From the NCBI GenBank assembly GCA_017414385.1, contig JAFQMO010000124.1, positions 1 to 50,432 of the forward strand: DNA of 50,432 nt, in the 5' to 3' direction. Shown here piece by piece: positions 7,473 through 17,755 of the stretch. The stretch comes from Clostridia bacterium. Its GTDB lineage: Bacteria; Bacillota; Clostridia; Oscillospirales; CAG-272. Numbering within the stretch: the stretch's first letter is position 1; each line of letters starts with the position of its first letter. A program made the translations under genes and the position numbers. Below the pieces are notes generated by a model. The model was not told where the DNA came from. It saw only the letters and a list, made by a program, of their open reading frames with translations, and did no database searches.

Positions 7473-8747
7473 TTATTTTTGGTGAATGTTTGTCTTCTTT
7501 GCATTTGCAAGCATCAGCTTCAATCGATTCTCCTGATTGACACGCGTTGCACCTGCATCATAGTCGATGGCTACGATGTTAACATGGGGATTTCGTTCCT
7601 TGATGGGGCGCATCATACCTTTTCCGCAGATATGATTGGGCAGGCAACCGAAGGGCTGTGTACAAACGATGTTTTCAACACCCGATTCGGCAAGCTCCAG
7701 CATTTCCGCTGTCAAAAGCCAACCCTCACCCATTTTGGTACCCACATGGATATATCCTTCAATCAAAGACAGAATGTGCATAAAATGCGCAGGGGATTCG
7801 AATACCCCATGCTCATCCATGATTGAGATCAGATCATTTTTCTTTCTGTCAAACAACTGAAAGATCTTTCGGAAGGCAAGATATTTCAACCGATGAATAC
7901 CGTATAATTGATAATCTGAAATATTGGCGTATACGGTATACATAAAGAAGTCTACAAGGCCGGGGACAACCGGCTCCGCACCCTCGGAGACAAGAAAGTG
8001 CTCGAGGTCATTATTTGCAAGCGGGGAGTATTTGACGAAGATCTCTCCGACGATACCGACACGGGCGGAGGGGCGAAGCGTACGGGGGATGGCAGCAAAA
8101 TCTGCAAGAATCCGACGATAGTTGTCCTTTACCTTCTTGTAATCCACGAAGGCGCCGACAGAAAGCTCATTTGCAAGCCGATCCGTCCATTGCTGTGCCA
8201 GATGATGTGCGGCACCTTTTTCATTTTCGTAAGGACGGCATTGGTTGACAAGGGACATCAAAAGATCCGCATACAGAAACGCATAGAGGATCTTATGGAT
8301 CAAGGGAAGGGTAAGGGTAAGCCCGGGGTGCTTTTCCAAACCGCCAAAGCTGATCGATACGACAGGGACATAGCCGTATCCTGCTTTTTTTAAGGCCTTA
8401 CGCAAAAGAGAGACATAATTGGAGGCACGACATCCGCCGCCTGTCTGAAACAGAATGAGCGCAACCTTGTGCGGGTCGTACTTCCCGGATTTGATTGCAT
8501 CAATAAACTGACCGATGACAAGGATCGCGGGATAGCAGGTATCATTATGAACATACTGAAGTCCTTCATCGGCAATATGCTGTCCGGTTGTCTCCAACAA
8601 CTCGCAATCATACCCAAAGTTTTTCAATACACTGCAAACCAATTTGAAGTGCATGGGAAGCATCATGGGGACGAGGATCTTATACTCTTTCTTCATTTCC
8701 TTGGTGAAGGGAATATACTGCTGTTGGGGTGTCTTTTTCTTTTTCAT
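7473..8747 (-). CDS. 2-hydroxyacyl-CoA dehydratase-related protein (C-terminal part of the activase/dehydratase module)
   Basis: YVHNDTCYPA, QTGGGCRASNY, VGIVGEIFVK, GEGWLL and QPFGCLPNH motifs. ATGA overlap with the upstream gene. Confidence 0.8.
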   Translation of the reverse strand: MKKKKTPQQQYIPFTKEMKKEYKILVPMMLPMHFKLVCSVLKNFGYDCELLETTGQHIADEGLQYVHNDTCYPAILVIGQFIDAIKSGKYDPHKVALILFQTGGGCRASNYVSLLRKALKKAGYGYVPVVSISFGGLEKHPGLTLTLPLIHKILYAFLYADLLMSLVNQCRPYENEKGAAHHLAQQWTDRLANELSVGAFVDYKKVKDNYRRILADFAAIPRTLRPSARVGIVGEIFVKYSPLANNDLEHFLVSEGAEPVVPGLVDFFMYTVYANISDYQLYGIHRLKYLAFRKIFQLFDRKKNDLISIMDEHGVFESPAHFMHILSLIEGYIHVGTKMGEGWLLTAEMLELAESGVENIVCTQPFGCLPNHICGKGMMRPIKERNPHVNIVAIDYDAGATRVNQENRLKLMLANAKKTNIHQK

Positions 8748-11700
8748 CGCACATCCTCCGGTTTCGTACTTTGTGCCTGTTCCGTTTGGACCTTTTCATC
8801 CAATGCGCCGATCAGACTGCGGAGCCTGATTTTTACGGCACCGAGATTGGTGATTTCGTCAATCTTGATCTGCGTGTAGAATTTATTGCGGCTTTCCAGA
8901 ATTTCCCGAACCTCATCGGTCGTGATAGCATCGATGCCGCAGCCAAAGGAGACGAGCTGGACAAGCTCTGTGTCGCTGTTTTGTACGGCAAACATGGCAC
9001 TGCGGTACAAACGCGCATGATATGTCCACTGATTCAGGACGCCGAGAGCAGGGGCTTCTGCCAGTTCTGAAACGGCATCCTCCGAAACAACGGCAAAACC
9101 CAAGGACGCAGCGAGACGATCGATACCATGACCGATCTCAGGATCGATATGGTACGGTCTGCCTGCAAGGATCATGATCCGTTTTCCTGCCTTCCTTGCA
9201 GCTTCGATGGCCAAGCGCCCTTGTTCCCGAACGGCATCCATATAAGCTTGGTAGGCTGCAAATGCCTTGGATACCGCGCGGCGGATCTCTTTATCGGGAA
9301 TCGGGGTGCCGTGCTCACGGAATGCACGGGAAAGCGTACGGGTGAGGATTTTTTCCGAATCCAAATTCAAATACGGATAAAAGAAATCGGTATTTTCAAG
9401 ACTGTCCATATTGCCTGAGAGGAGCTCAGAATAATATGCGACAACAGGACAGTTATAATGATTTGCACTCTGCTTCTCGTCAACGTTGTAGGAAAGGCAG
9501 GGGTAAAAGATGGTATCGACTTTTTTCTCGATCAGATCCTCGATATGTCCGTGCATCAGCTTTGCAGGATAACAAGCCGTGTCAGAGGGGATAGAGAACT
9601 GTCCTTTTTCGTAGGTAGATCTTCTGGAAGGGGAGGAAAGAACGACACGGAAGCCGAGCTCGGTAAAGAGCGCATGCCACAGCACGGCAAGCTCATACAT
9701 TCCGAGTGCCATCGGCAGACCGATGGTCCCGCGGGGTGCATTGCCATCGGGCGATGTCAGTCCATACAGATAGTTCCGCTTAAACTCATAAAGATTTGGC
9801 AGAAGCTCAGCTGCCTGCTCCAGTCCCGCGCCTTTTTCACACCGGTTTCCGGAAATGAACCGACGACCGCCATCAAAGGTATTGATCGTCAAACGGCAAT
9901 GGTTGGTACATCGCTTACAGACCGTGGAGGTCGAGGTATGTGTAAATGCCTCGAGTTTTTCTTTTGGCAATATGGAGGAGGTGTGCAATTTCAACTGATT
10001 TTTGACGTGGAGTGCAGCCCCGTAGGCACCCATGAGCCCTGCGATAGACGGCCGGATCACATTTGTTCCAAGCTCTCTCTCAAAGGCACGAAGCACACAA
10101 TCGTTGAAAAATGTTCCTCCCTGGACAACAATATGCTTGCCCAGCTCATCGGCATTATTGACACGGATGACCTTGTAAATTGCATTTTTAACGACGGAGA
10201 TGCACAGACCGGCAGAAATATCCTCAGGCGAAGCACCGTCCTTTTGCGCTTGCTTGACAGAGGAGTTCATAAATACGGTACATCTTGTACCGAGATTGAC
10301 CGGATGAGTACTGAAAAGACCCTTTTGTGCAAATTGAGCAGCAGTAAATCCCATGCTTTTTGCAAAGGTTTCAAGGAAGGATCCGCACCCTGAGGAACAG
10401 GCTTCATTGAGCATGATGCTGTCAATGGCACCGTTTGCAATACGGAAACACTTGATATCCTGTCCGCCGATATCGAGAATAAAATCAACGTCGGGACGGA
10501 AATACTTTGCTGCTGTGAAATGTGCGATTGTCTCAACGATGCCGACATCCACACCAAAGGCATTTTTGACCAGCTCTTCGCCGTAACCGGTAACCGCACA
10601 TCCACAGATACGGATACGGTCAGCGCATAGACGGTAGATCTCCGAAAGCTGTTCGCGGATAATGGAGATGGGATCGCCGAGATTGGAGGCGTAATACTGA
10701 TATAATATATCGTCATTGCTGCCGATCACAACGAGCTTGGTTGTGGTAGAGCCGCAATCGATACCGATCCAAGCATTGCCGCTGTATGCAGAAATTTCCG
10801 TCATGGGTACGGAGGCTTCCGCATGACGGGCATGGAAAATACGGTAATCCTCTTCTGTCAAAAACAACGGCGGAAGAGAATCGATCACACTTTTTTGCTG
10901 CAGACTGGAACGGATGGCCGCACGAAGCTCCTGTATGGAAATGCGGTGATTGGATTTCTGTGCATAAATTGCTGCGCCGCGTGCAACAGCATAAGGGCCC
11001 CATTCAGGGAAAATGGCATTTTCGTTATATGTAAGATGCAGTGTTTCAATAAAGCGCTGCTGCAATCCCTTGCAAAAATACAACGGACCGCCGAGAAAGA
11101 GAACCTTGGTCGGATTCCCGTTTTTGTCCCGGCCGATACGGCGTCCTTGTGCGAGACCGGCAATGGTCTGATTTACGACGGCCTGATAAATGCTGGCTGC
11201 GACATCTGCTTTGTTTGCGCCCTGGTTGAGGAGCGGTTGAATGTCGGATTTGGCAAATACACCGCAGCGAGAAGCAATCGGGTAGATTCGCGTGTGTGCA
11301 AGACTCAGTTGATCCATATCGGTAACCGAGAGGTTCAGAAGCGTTGCCATCTGATCGATAAAGGCTCCGGTACCGCCGGCACAGGTTCCGTTCATACGTT
11401 CATCCATGGCACCGTCGAGGAAAATGATCTTTGCATCCTCACCGCCGAGCTCAATGACGGCGGAGGTATCCGGCTCCAATTGTTTTACTACCTCGCCTGT
11501 GGCAAAAACCTCCTGAACAAAGGGAATACCGATTGCCTGAGAGAGACCGAGACCGGCAGAGCCTGAAATTGCGGCAGAGACAGTTACGGAGCCGTCCAAA
11601 GGAAGCGCATCCAAAAGATCAAGGATCTTTTCACGGACGCGCGAAAAATGTCTTTCATATGTTTCATGCAGAACAGTGTCTTTTATTGGATCGGTTCCAT

Positions 11701-11770
11701 CTTTCTTCACCAGTACCAATTTTGCGGTTGTAGAACCGATATCGATACCAAGATAATATATGTTTTCCAT
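8744..11770 (-). CDS. CoA-substrate-specific enzyme activase (two BadF/BcrAD-type ATPase domains plus DUF2229-like domain)
   Basis: GIDIGSTTAK and GIDCGSTTTK, ELGGEDAK and DIGGQDIK, MNGTCAGGTG and LNEACSSGCG, RCGVF and RCTVF motifs, followed by IPSDTACYPAK. Confidence 0.88.
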   Translation of the reverse strand: MENIYYLGIDIGSTTAKLVLVKKDGTDPIKDTVLHETYERHFSRVREKILDLLDALPLDGSVTVSAAISGSAGLGLSQAIGIPFVQEVFATGEVVKQLEPDTSAVIELGGEDAKIIFLDGAMDERMNGTCAGGTGAFIDQMATLLNLSVTDMDQLSLAHTRIYPIASRCGVFAKSDIQPLLNQGANKADVAASIYQAVVNQTIAGLAQGRRIGRDKNGNPTKVLFLGGPLYFCKGLQQRFIETLHLTYNENAIFPEWGPYAVARGAAIYAQKSNHRISIQELRAAIRSSLQQKSVIDSLPPLFLTEEDYRIFHARHAEASVPMTEISAYSGNAWIGIDCGSTTTKLVVIGSNDDILYQYYASNLGDPISIIREQLSEIYRLCADRIRICGCAVTGYGEELVKNAFGVDVGIVETIAHFTAAKYFRPDVDFILDIGGQDIKCFRIANGAIDSIMLNEACSSGCGSFLETFAKSMGFTAAQFAQKGLFSTHPVNLGTRCTVFMNSSVKQAQKDGASPEDISAGLCISVVKNAIYKVIRVNNADELGKHIVVQGGTFFNDCVLRAFERELGTNVIRPSIAGLMGAYGAALHVKNQLKLHTSSILPKEKLEAFTHTSTSTVCKRCTNHCRLTINTFDGGRRFISGNRCEKGAGLEQAAELLPNLYEFKRNYLYGLTSPDGNAPRGTIGLPMALGMYELAVLWHALFTELGFRVVLSSPSRRSTYEKGQFSIPSDTACYPAKLMHGHIEDLIEKKVDTIFYPCLSYNVDEKQSANHYNCPVVAYYSELLSGNMDSLENTDFFYPYLNLDSEKILTRTLSRAFREHGTPIPDKEIRRAVSKAFAAYQAYMDAVREQGRLAIEAARKAGKRIMILAGRPYHIDPEIGHGIDRLAASLGFAVVSEDAVSELAEAPALGVLNQWTYHARLYRSAMFAVQNSDTELVQLVSFGCGIDAITTDEVREILESRNKFYTQIKIDEITNLGAVKIRLRSLIGALDEKVQTEQAQSTKPEDVR

Positions 11771-12021
11771 ACTGTCACTCCGTATATTTTTATATGGACT
11801 ATCATAAAAAATTTACGTTCAATTATATCATAAAAGTATGAAAAAATCGTAAACATTCGCAAAAGAAACTGAAAATGATACGTTGTTGGGGAATTGGGTC
11901 ATGTTTTGTTTTGGTTTGGATGTGTAAAAAAAATGTAAATTCAACCGCAGAACACTTGCGGTGATAGGGCCTCTGTGATATACTTTTAACGTTTTATGTA
12001 TCGGTGAGAGGAGAGACGGAA

Positions 12022-12873
12022 TTGAAGCGTATTATTACGGTGCAGGATATTTCCTGCGTGGGAAAATGCAGTCTGACGGTAGCCTTGCCGATCATATCTG
12101 CGATGGGAACGGAATGTGCTGTTCTTCCGACGGCTGTCCTTTCCAATCATACGGCGTTTCGGCAGTTTACGTTTCATGATCTGACCGATGAGATCGAGAG
12201 GACGGTCGATGCCTGGATGGAGGAAGGGCTCATCTTCGATATGATATACACAGGGTATCTTGGCTCCTTTGAACAGATTCATCTGGTTTGTGCGATGATT
12301 GACCGTCTGCGTGAACAAAATCCCGATCTGTTTGTTGTGGTTGATCCTGCGATGGGGGATGGCGGTACACTGTATAAGGGTTTTACCGAGACGTTTGCGA
12401 AAGAGATGGGAACGCTTTGCAGAAAAGCAGATCTGATCCTTCCCAATCTGACGGAAGCGGCATATCTTTTGGGTATTCCGTATCGGCATGAGGGATATTG
12501 TGAGACGCAGGTCAAGGATATCCTTTTGCGTTTGACCGACATGGGTGTGAAGCAAGCGGCACTGACGGGAGTTTCCACCTCGGCGGACACGATCGGTGTC
12601 ATGGCTTATCATGCGGAGGAGGAGCGGTATTTCTGTTACGAAGGTACCCGCGCCCCGGTAATGTATCACGGAACCGGAGATATTTTTGCATCAACGGTCG
12701 TAGGTGCGCTCTCTGTTGGTATGGGAATTGATGCGGCATTGTCCTTGGCGGTGGATTATACGTTTGCCTGTATTGAGCAGACAATGAAGGATCCGAATGC
12801 GCGGTGGTACGGTGTGAATTTTGAATCGGCACTTGGTATGCTGACGGAGACTGCAAAAAAAATCCGCACATAA
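12022..12873 (+). CDS. pdxK: Pyridoxal/pyridoxamine kinase (PfkB/ribokinase fold)
   Basis: QDISCVGKCS, LPTAVLSNHT, YTGYLGS, VDPAMGDGG, PNLTEA and HGTGDIFAS motifs. Probable TTG start at 12022 after GAGGAG. Confidence 0.85.
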   Translation: MKRIITVQDISCVGKCSLTVALPIISAMGTECAVLPTAVLSNHTAFRQFTFHDLTDEIERTVDAWMEEGLIFDMIYTGYLGSFEQIHLVCAMIDRLREQNPDLFVVVDPAMGDGGTLYKGFTETFAKEMGTLCRKADLILPNLTEAAYLLGIPYRHEGYCETQVKDILLRLTDMGVKQAALTGVSTSADTIGVMAYHAEEERYFCYEGTRAPVMYHGTGDIFASTVVGALSVGMGIDAALSLAVDYTFACIEQTMKDPNARWYGVNFESALGMLTETAKKIRT

Positions 12874-12896
12874 CTGTGCGAATACGGAACTGTTAA

Positions 12897-12942
12897 AAAA
12901 CACGATCAACGATGGGACGTAGCCTATCGTTGATCGTGTTTT
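12897..12942. terminator. Bidirectional terminator hairpin
   Basis: AAAACACGATCAACGAT...ATCGTTGATCGTGTTTT between convergent genes. Confidence 0.8.
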
Positions 12943-12955
12943 GGTTTGTGCTTGT

Positions 12956-13651
12956 TTATTGGATTTCCGTTTTGTGAAGGGCATCCCCGTTTCCGCAGAG
13001 CATACGCTCGATGTTTTCTGCAGTCAACTCAAAAATGAATGCATGACAATCGGTATTGATAAGAAGCTCTGCTGCCTCCAGATCAATAACTCCCAGCTTA
13101 TCTGCTGCGATCTGTGCAAAGGTGATCGAGGGGATGAATGTCGCGGGAATGTCACTGACCTTGTTGGGATCGCGGTCATATACGCCGTCGCAGCCGCTCT
13201 TTGCAAAATAAATATCACACGAGTGCTCCTTGGCTTTTACTGCACAGACAAAATCGGTAGAATGTCCGGGTTCTCCGACACCGCCTGCATATATGATAAC
13301 ACGGCTGTCTTCGCAAATATCTGCCTCATGGCATCCGTTCGGGATATCAAAGTTATCGGGAATGACAAGCTGGCTCTTGATATTGAGTGCTTTCAGTGCA
13401 ATGGTGAGAAAGAGGCCGTTTTGGATAGATGCGAGCATACCGGCGTAGTCTGTCAGAACATTTCCGCCAAACGATCTTCCGCGACAAACATTTCCTCCGC
13501 CGCATACGACATAGATCCGTTTACGGAATGCAAGACCTCTCTCAATGGCTTCTGCGTAAGCAGAGATCGTTTTTTGATCGAACGCGTTTTCCTCTCCGCC
13601 AAAGGCTTCTCCTGACAGCTTCAAGAGAATATCTTTCATCATTTCTTTCAT
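12956..13651 (-). CDS. Divergent UMP kinase (PyrH)-like amino-acid-kinase-family protein
   Basis: LLKLSGEAFGG, VVCGGGNVCRG, DYAGMLAS and DGVYDRDP motifs. Start at MKEMMK (13651) after GAAAGG. Confidence 0.75.
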   Translation of the reverse strand: MKEMMKDILLKLSGEAFGGEENAFDQKTISAYAEAIERGLAFRKRIYVVCGGGNVCRGRSFGGNVLTDYAGMLASIQNGLFLTIALKALNIKSQLVIPDNFDIPNGCHEADICEDSRVIIYAGGVGEPGHSTDFVCAVKAKEHSCDIYFAKSGCDGVYDRDPNKVSDIPATFIPSITFAQIAADKLGVIDLEAAELLINTDCHAFIFELTAENIERMLCGNGDALHKTEIQ

Positions 13652-14028
13652 ATCAAATATCCTTTCGGTTTGTATAGTACACATTGGGTGCTCCCATATA
13701 TTATATATGATTTTTTTCCTTTTTGCAAGAACTTTTCTCATATTTGCAAGGAACAGGATCACGATTTTACAAAAACAGGGAAAATGAACTATGAGGAATG
13801 ACTGTGATGGAAAAAGGGATAGCGGCGAGAACGGTCCGATAAATGAGTATAAAAAACGGGAAGCAGCATGATTTTCGTCATGTTGCTTCCCGTTTATCAT
13901 AATAGCAGGGTTTGGAACGCTATTTCCCGGGCTTTTCCTCTTTTACCAGTGCTGCAATCTGACACTTTTCCGAAACCAAGTACAGACCGAAAGTCTTCAC
14001 GTTTGTTTGGGGTTGGGGGAGGCGTGAT

Positions 14029-15300
14029 TTACAATATGGGGGGAGGAGGGGAACCTTCCTCAAAAACAGCATCATAAAGCTCAAGGATGTTCTCCGCGAA
14101 CTGTTCCTTGGAAAACTGATTGGAGCGGATAAGATTCTCCTTACGCATTGCAGCGGAGAGCATGGGGTCATCCAGAATACGGGAAATATAACTGCAAAAT
14201 TCTGTACTGTTGTGATAACAAAATCCGTTTGTTCCTTGAATTAAAACACTGTCAAGCGCAGCATCCGCGCGGCAGACGAGCGGAACTCCGCAGGCAAGCG
14301 CCTCGACATAGGTCAGACCTTGTGTTTCGCTGGTAGAGGCGCACACAAAAATGTCGGCGAGTGCGTAATACTGACGTACAAGCTCCGGCTTTACCATACC
14401 TGTGAAGACCACCTTGTTTTTCAATTTGTAGGACTCTGCGATCTCGATAAGACGCTGTGAATCGGGACCGCCGCCGACGATCATGAATTTTACGTCATCC
14501 CGTTGGTCTGACAATGCTGCATAGTAACGGATCAGCTCCTCAATGTTTTTCTCTTTTCCGATCCGTCCGAGAGAAAGCAGGACCTTGTCTTCCGGCGTAA
14601 TTCCATATTGCAGACGAAGCGCTGCGATGATTTCCTCGGAAACCGAAACACGGAATTTTTCCATGGCAATACCGGTTGGAATCACCACAATACGATTTTT
14701 CAGTCCGTATGCAAGCAAGGCATCCTTGACCTTTTTCGTCGGAGCGATAACGGTATTTACATCGTTCAAACGCATCTGGGAAACCATACCGATCATTTTT
14801 TCCGTATTGGTCATAACAGAGGAAAACGGCAGGTAAGAGGCGTATTGTCCATATAATGTGTGATACGTATGAATAATGGGCGCATTGGTCCTTTTGGCGA
14901 TCTTTTTCGCATATTCGAACGAAAAGAACTCGCACTGACTATGGATGATATCAGGCTTCCATTCCGTAAGCTCCTCCAGATATTCGTGCCTGACATAGTT
15001 GAGCGGCATGCGAACTCCGGGATAAATGTTAAAGGGAATCGACTGCATATAATACACCTGTTCTGCCTCATCATAATGATAGTGCGTGTCATTGGATGTG
15101 GCAAGAATACGGACGTCATAGTTGCGCTTACGCAATTCACCGACCAGATTGGTGATCGATGTGACAACACCGTTGACAGAGGGTAGATACAAGTCTGATG
15201 TGATCAGAATCTTTTTTACTTTTTTTGTGCGGTTTCCCTCGGAAAATTGTTTTTCCCAGGTATTTCCGGTCAAAATGGGAGACATGGTACGAGGATTCAT
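14029..15300 (-). CDS. Glycosyltransferase family 4 (diacylglycerol glucosyltransferase-like)
   Basis: ILITSDLYLPSVNGVVTS, IIHTYHT, GRIGKEKN and ETQGLTYVEA motifs. Start codon uncertain (15300 or 15285). Confidence 0.85.
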   Translation of the reverse strand: MNPRTMSPILTGNTWEKQFSEGNRTKKVKKILITSDLYLPSVNGVVTSITNLVGELRKRNYDVRILATSNDTHYHYDEAEQVYYMQSIPFNIYPGVRMPLNYVRHEYLEELTEWKPDIIHSQCEFFSFEYAKKIAKRTNAPIIHTYHTLYGQYASYLPFSSVMTNTEKMIGMVSQMRLNDVNTVIAPTKKVKDALLAYGLKNRIVVIPTGIAMEKFRVSVSEEIIAALRLQYGITPEDKVLLSLGRIGKEKNIEELIRYYAALSDQRDDVKFMIVGGGPDSQRLIEIAESYKLKNKVVFTGMVKPELVRQYYALADIFVCASTSETQGLTYVEALACGVPLVCRADAALDSVLIQGTNGFCYHNSTEFCSYISRILDDPMLSAAMRKENLIRSNQFSKEQFAENILELYDAVFEEGSPPPPIL

Positions 15301-15334
15301 CCTTTCTTTTGTAGGTTCTTCAAGGACAGGTGGA

Positions 15335-17704
15335 TCAATAGAGGACATCGATCCATTGATGACGAAGCCGACGCAGCAGGGTATCTGCAGTCTTGAGATC
15401 GGCGGCTTGTTTTTCGTAATATGCTGATATCGCGGAGAATTCCGCATCGGTCAACGTATGTTGACTGAATTTTGCTTTTTCTGCGAGCGTATACAGTGTG
15501 TCCGGGACGGATTCTGTATGGAGCTTGGCGATTGCATGGATATATCGAAACAGGTACAGTGCTGCGTCATTTCGTTTGTCCGAGGGGGCGTGCAGAGCAG
15601 CGTACAGCTTCTGTGTCTTGCTGTGGCGTCGGACCATCAGTACGGCGATCGGAGTAAGAAGTCCGATGCTTATCAGAATCACAAGGAGGACGATACGTAA
15701 AAGCTTTTGGGAACGTGTCAGTGGAGGGCTCTGTGTTGGAGAACTGTCCAGCTCATCTGTATCGCTTTCGGCAGGAGTCGTGGCATCTGCTGTCGGAGCC
15801 TTGGGAGGCTGTGTGTCACCTTCAGTCGTAATCACGGGCTCGGGTATTGTCTCGGTTGTTTCCGGAGACTCTGTGACACTGTCGGATGTCGTTGTGGGAA
15901 GGTCATCCTGTTCATTTTGAATAACGGAGCCGGGGGGTGTTGCTTCTATGGGTACCCACCCAAGCTGAGGATAAAAAACCTCGACCCATGCATGGGCATC
16001 GGAATCCAGGATCGGATTCCAGGTGATGGGCGTCTTGATCTTTGCAAGGAATCCGACCGCGAGCCGCGCAGGAATTCCGCAGGCACGAAGAAGCATGACC
16101 TCTGTGGTTGCAAAATGTGTACAGTATCCTGCTTCGGCATCCTCCAAAAACCAAAGAACGAAATCCTTTCCGTTATCGGGCTTTTTTTCGACATCCAAAG
16201 AATACTCAGCACAGCTTTGCGTGAGCAGAGTGATCTCATCGACAATGCTCCAATATTGTTCTTTGGTGATATCAAGCGAGGGAAGCGGGGTAATGTCATT
16301 GCTTTCCAGAAACTCTAGCAGCAGCGCTTTCGTTTGGTCATCGATCTGTGTATATTCGGAAAGATGCTCGAGATAATATCCGGTTAAGAGATTTTTGAAC
16401 GGCGCTTGATCCGTTGTAAAAGAGGCGGTCCGAATCTGTTCAAGGGAAAAGGGACGGCAATGAACCGTGTAGGTATCGCCGGGAGATCGCTTTATGATAT
16501 TCTGATCACCATTTGTCTGATATTCGGCGCTGCTGCCGGAAAAATAATACGGCGTGAACAGAATATCGGAGTGCACATCGGCAAGAGTAAGATCTGTTAC
16601 CCATGTGGTGAAATTTGAGATAATAACGGAGGAGACGGTCAGAATCTGATCGTCGGTCACACGGACGGTTGCGGTATCGGGATTGCTCCATTCATCGGAT
16701 GTATACCGCTTGTACGTGTTTTCGCGAAGGTAAACGGTTTGTTTTCCGGAGCCTTTGATCTTCATGACCGGTTGATCACGGTAACGCTTACTTTCCAAAT
16801 TGGAAAGAGAAACCGTATTGCCCTCTGCAGAGGTATAGACGGGATCTTCTGCGTTTGAATTCCCGAATCGTGACCGGAATGTCATTTGAATGGAGGAGGT
16901 AAGGTCAAGGATGGCATTGTAGCCGCTTTGAAATATTTCCGGCATGGTATTATCCTTGGGACAGTACCGATACGTCATTGTGATAAGGAGGATGGCGGGG
17001 ATCAATAGGATGGCTGTCTGAGAGAAGATCGCCCGTGGCTGAAGCCGGAGGGCAGATCGTGTAAACAGCAATAAGAGCCAATATGTGAATATGGTCAGAA
17101 GTGACCAAAAATCGGGAATGGTTATTTCGATGATCAAAAAACAAAGAATGAAGAAGGGGACAGGAATCAAGGCTGCAAGAAAAACAACGTGATTTCTGGA
17201 ATACAGAAAACACCATAAAAGTGCGATCAGAACAGCAATGATAAGCAAGGCCTCTGTGACCTTCGCGGATATGTCCTCTTGAACGGCTGCGGAGGAGCCG
17301 ATGTAGGGCAGCTGCCCGGCGTAAGGCTTCAAGAGAGAGGGCATCTCCATTGCAGGATATCCCCAACAAAGGAAACGGACAACATAAGCCGATATTAAGA
17401 GAATGCCGTCAAGAAGCATGTCCGTTCTGCAAAGAAACCATATTCCGCATAGAATCAGGATCCCAAGATGTGGCAGGTACTGTCTTACGAAGCATCGTTG
17501 GATCAGCGGACAAGCAATCGCAATTCCGATGACGGCGATGATCAGAACATCTGAAAAAACGGGGAGATCGAATCCCGTTATAAGGCATCCGACGGTTCCG
17601 CCAAGACATAACAGGAGAAGAAACACATCGAGAAGTGCATTTGCGGATAGGACCGAGCTGCGCTGCTTGGTAATGATCTGCGGTTTGTTTGTGGGCATGT
17701 GCAT
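15335..17704 (-). CDS. Membrane protein with transglutaminase-like domain
   Basis: Multiple N-terminal TM segments, GYCTHFATT..LLRACGIPARLAVGF, AHAWVEVF...GWVPIEATP, a T/P/E-rich linker and a C-terminal TM. Confidence 0.85.
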   Translation of the reverse strand: MHMPTNKPQIITKQRSSVLSANALLDVFLLLLCLGGTVGCLITGFDLPVFSDVLIIAVIGIAIACPLIQRCFVRQYLPHLGILILCGIWFLCRTDMLLDGILLISAYVVRFLCWGYPAMEMPSLLKPYAGQLPYIGSSAAVQEDISAKVTEALLIIAVLIALLWCFLYSRNHVVFLAALIPVPFFILCFLIIEITIPDFWSLLTIFTYWLLLLFTRSALRLQPRAIFSQTAILLIPAILLITMTYRYCPKDNTMPEIFQSGYNAILDLTSSIQMTFRSRFGNSNAEDPVYTSAEGNTVSLSNLESKRYRDQPVMKIKGSGKQTVYLRENTYKRYTSDEWSNPDTATVRVTDDQILTVSSVIISNFTTWVTDLTLADVHSDILFTPYYFSGSSAEYQTNGDQNIIKRSPGDTYTVHCRPFSLEQIRTASFTTDQAPFKNLLTGYYLEHLSEYTQIDDQTKALLLEFLESNDITPLPSLDITKEQYWSIVDEITLLTQSCAEYSLDVEKKPDNGKDFVLWFLEDAEAGYCTHFATTEVMLLRACGIPARLAVGFLAKIKTPITWNPILDSDAHAWVEVFYPQLGWVPIEATPPGSVIQNEQDDLPTTTSDSVTESPETTETIPEPVITTEGDTQPPKAPTADATTPAESDTDELDSSPTQSPPLTRSQKLLRIVLLVILISIGLLTPIAVLMVRRHSKTQKLYAALHAPSDKRNDAALYLFRYIHAIAKLHTESVPDTLYTLAEKAKFSQHTLTDAEFSAISAYYEKQAADLKTADTLLRRLRHQWIDVLY

Positions 17705-17755
17705 ATTCTCCTTTCTGTTCTGTTATGCAATGGCGTGGACGTGAACGGGTATGTG

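Noticed and set aside
11944-11962. ACCGCA-N7-TGCGGT inverted repeat over the pdxK -35 region
   Set aside because: Could be an operator, but it is only a 6-bp arm, single copy, with no cognate regulator nearby.
12956-13900. Long N-terminal extensions given by the ORF track (also ileS, GT4, SLH protein, htpG, prmA)
   Set aside because: Downstream starts have RBSs and coincide with the start of family homology, while the extensions run through promoters, terminators or CIRCE.
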